A stretch of 64,000 bases of DNA. Origin: Lytechinus pictus (lineage: Eukaryota). Within the stretch, counting starts at the first letter, position 1. Every line of letters starts with the position of its first letter. This document shows, in pieces, positions 62,318-64,000 of the stretch. Made by a program: the position numbers and the translations under genes. The DNA is taken from assembly GCF_037042905.1 (NCBI RefSeq), contig NC_087263.1, positions 11,534,001-11,598,000 on the forward strand, given 5' to 3'. Under the pieces are notes generated by a model. The model made no database searches and was not told the DNA's origin. It saw nothing but the letters and a program-made list of their open reading frames with translations.

Positions 62318-63515
62318 CCAAATATGAATATTAGGGCTGTTGGCTTTTTCTCAAGGCTTGACAGGAGAAGGAAAACAAATTCTGGTAACAGCAGAAAAGT
62401 AAATATTCACAAATTTGAACAAAGCTTATGCAGAATTACTAAAACTATAAATAATTGATATTTGCCAAATGGTCTTTCAGGAAACTGTAAAATTACAAGG
62501 TTATGAGGAGATGAAGAACAGTGAAATTACTGAAAAATTCCTGTCTATTTATAGTGTGGTCCAATATGTTGTTACATGTACATGTACCTGTGTTAGCTAC
62601 ACCAGGAAAAGCATGCGGTAATGAAATGAATATTATTTAAGCAAGCCTGAATTATTTTAATTACGCTTTGTTCTAAATGAGAATTCTGATTCCTCAAACT
62701 GCTCCTCTCAGCACTTTGGGGGTTGACAAAGGGGTGTGCTGTCAAACGAAGGTTTGACATAATAACCAGGGGGCCGTTTCATAAAGCTGTTTGTAAGTTA
62801 AGAGCGACTTTAAGAATGACTGGTGAATCCTTCTTACGCGTTAAACCATCGCCAATTCAATATACCATTTACCACAAGAAAGGATCACCAGTCGTTCTTA
62901 AAGTCGCTCTTAACCAGGGTTGTGATAAAAAACGTTTTTTATTAAAAAAAACAAATAAAACGTTTTTTATTGTTTTAAAACGTTTTAAATCGTTTTAAAA
63001 CGTTTTTTTCTCCAACGAATGATGCAATTTTCTCTAAATCAATTAAACTATACACTAAATACAGTATGATTTAAGCTCTTGATGTTTCAAATAAGAGATT
63101 ACCACAATTTTGTTAATGAATTTACAACAGAAAAGTTCATATTTCCCCCAAAATTACTAAATCATGGAAATTGAATGCCTACAAAAAAAGAACACATTAA
63201 GTAATTTGACATTTTATTCCCTAATCTAATACATGAACATATACATGAGTCTGAATCGAGGGGGGGGGGGGGCGAGGAGAATTTGCACAATGGAAGAAAT
63301 TGACGTACATGGGGTTTCAAAGCTTAATTTCATTACTGGTAAATCAATATATATGCTTTATTTCATTTGAATCAATTATACCAATTTTAGTGCATGAAAT
63401 ACAAATTCAATTCAAATCTATAAGTAAAGCCCTTGAACTACATATTTTTTAATTCAGGAATTCTGATCAAATGTATATTAAAAACAATCAGTAGGCCTAT
63501 AGAATGTTTTTTTAA

Positions 63516-64000
63516 CCCTAATAAGACTGGGGGGGGGGGGCTGAATCAGCCCCCCTCGTCATTTTTTGCGATAAATCCACTGCACATATTTTTTTTACCG
63601 CGTCACTCACAGACTTTCCTTTTTCAAGTCTCACGCAATTTTTGAGACCAAAATTGCGACCCCCTGGTATGTGGTTCCGAAATTATGCAACATTTTGTAA
63701 GTGCATGCAGACCCAAAATTGCTCAAAAAAGTGAATTTGTGTACAAATCTAATTCAAATAGTGTTTTTAGCCATAATTCATAAATGTGCCATTATTTTTC
63801 CTTTTACTGATTAAAATAAATTAATTTCACCTTGTTTATGGTCAAAATATAGTCCCTGACTATTTCCATTGAAAAAACAATAAAAAAAATAAAAAAATAA
63901 ATGTGATGTTGAAATTTTTAAAAAGAACATTTGATCAGATTCCTATAAAGGGTTTGTAAACCAAAAATGATAATTTCAGGGGCATTATTTAGTTAATTAG
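63516..64000. mobile_element. Left part of a possible piggyBac-like non-autonomous element
   Basis: TTAA|CCC start and a GGGGGCTGAATCAGCCCCC hairpin; the other end is not in the window. Confidence 0.4.

Overview
AT-rich, repeat-dense animal genomic DNA. The repeat content looks like a marine invertebrate, possibly a sea urchin, but that is inference. The window is dominated by the 5' part of one + strand acetyl-CoA carboxylase gene (ACC/ACAC). I can read 30 constitutive GT-AG exons from 10156 to 61890. They splice phase-consistently into 1555 codons from ATG 10232, covering the N-terminal regulatory tail, biotin carboxylase, BT, BCCP (EVMKM) and most of the central domain. The carboxyltransferase exons must lie beyond the window. 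The most interesting signal is a set of frame-preserving (phase 2-2) candidate cassette and micro-exons next to both AMPK-type phosphosites: one 96-nt exon before the Ser79-equivalent site, and an array (78, 24, 18, possibly 153 and 9 nt) in the 9.5-kb intron where vertebrate ACC1 has a 24-nt alternative exon. An in-frame hydrophobic N-terminal extension resembles the ACC2 membrane anchor. Introns hold many non-autonomous DNA transposons (Kolobok-, Sola2-, Harbinger-, hAT-, Tc1- and Helentron-like, several nested), tRNA-derived SINEs, a LINE tail, a 3x383-bp tandem repeat and microsatellites. TACATGTA/TACAGTA motifs are pervasive and look like Tc1/mariner excision footprints. All exon and element boundaries were read by eye; no searches were run.
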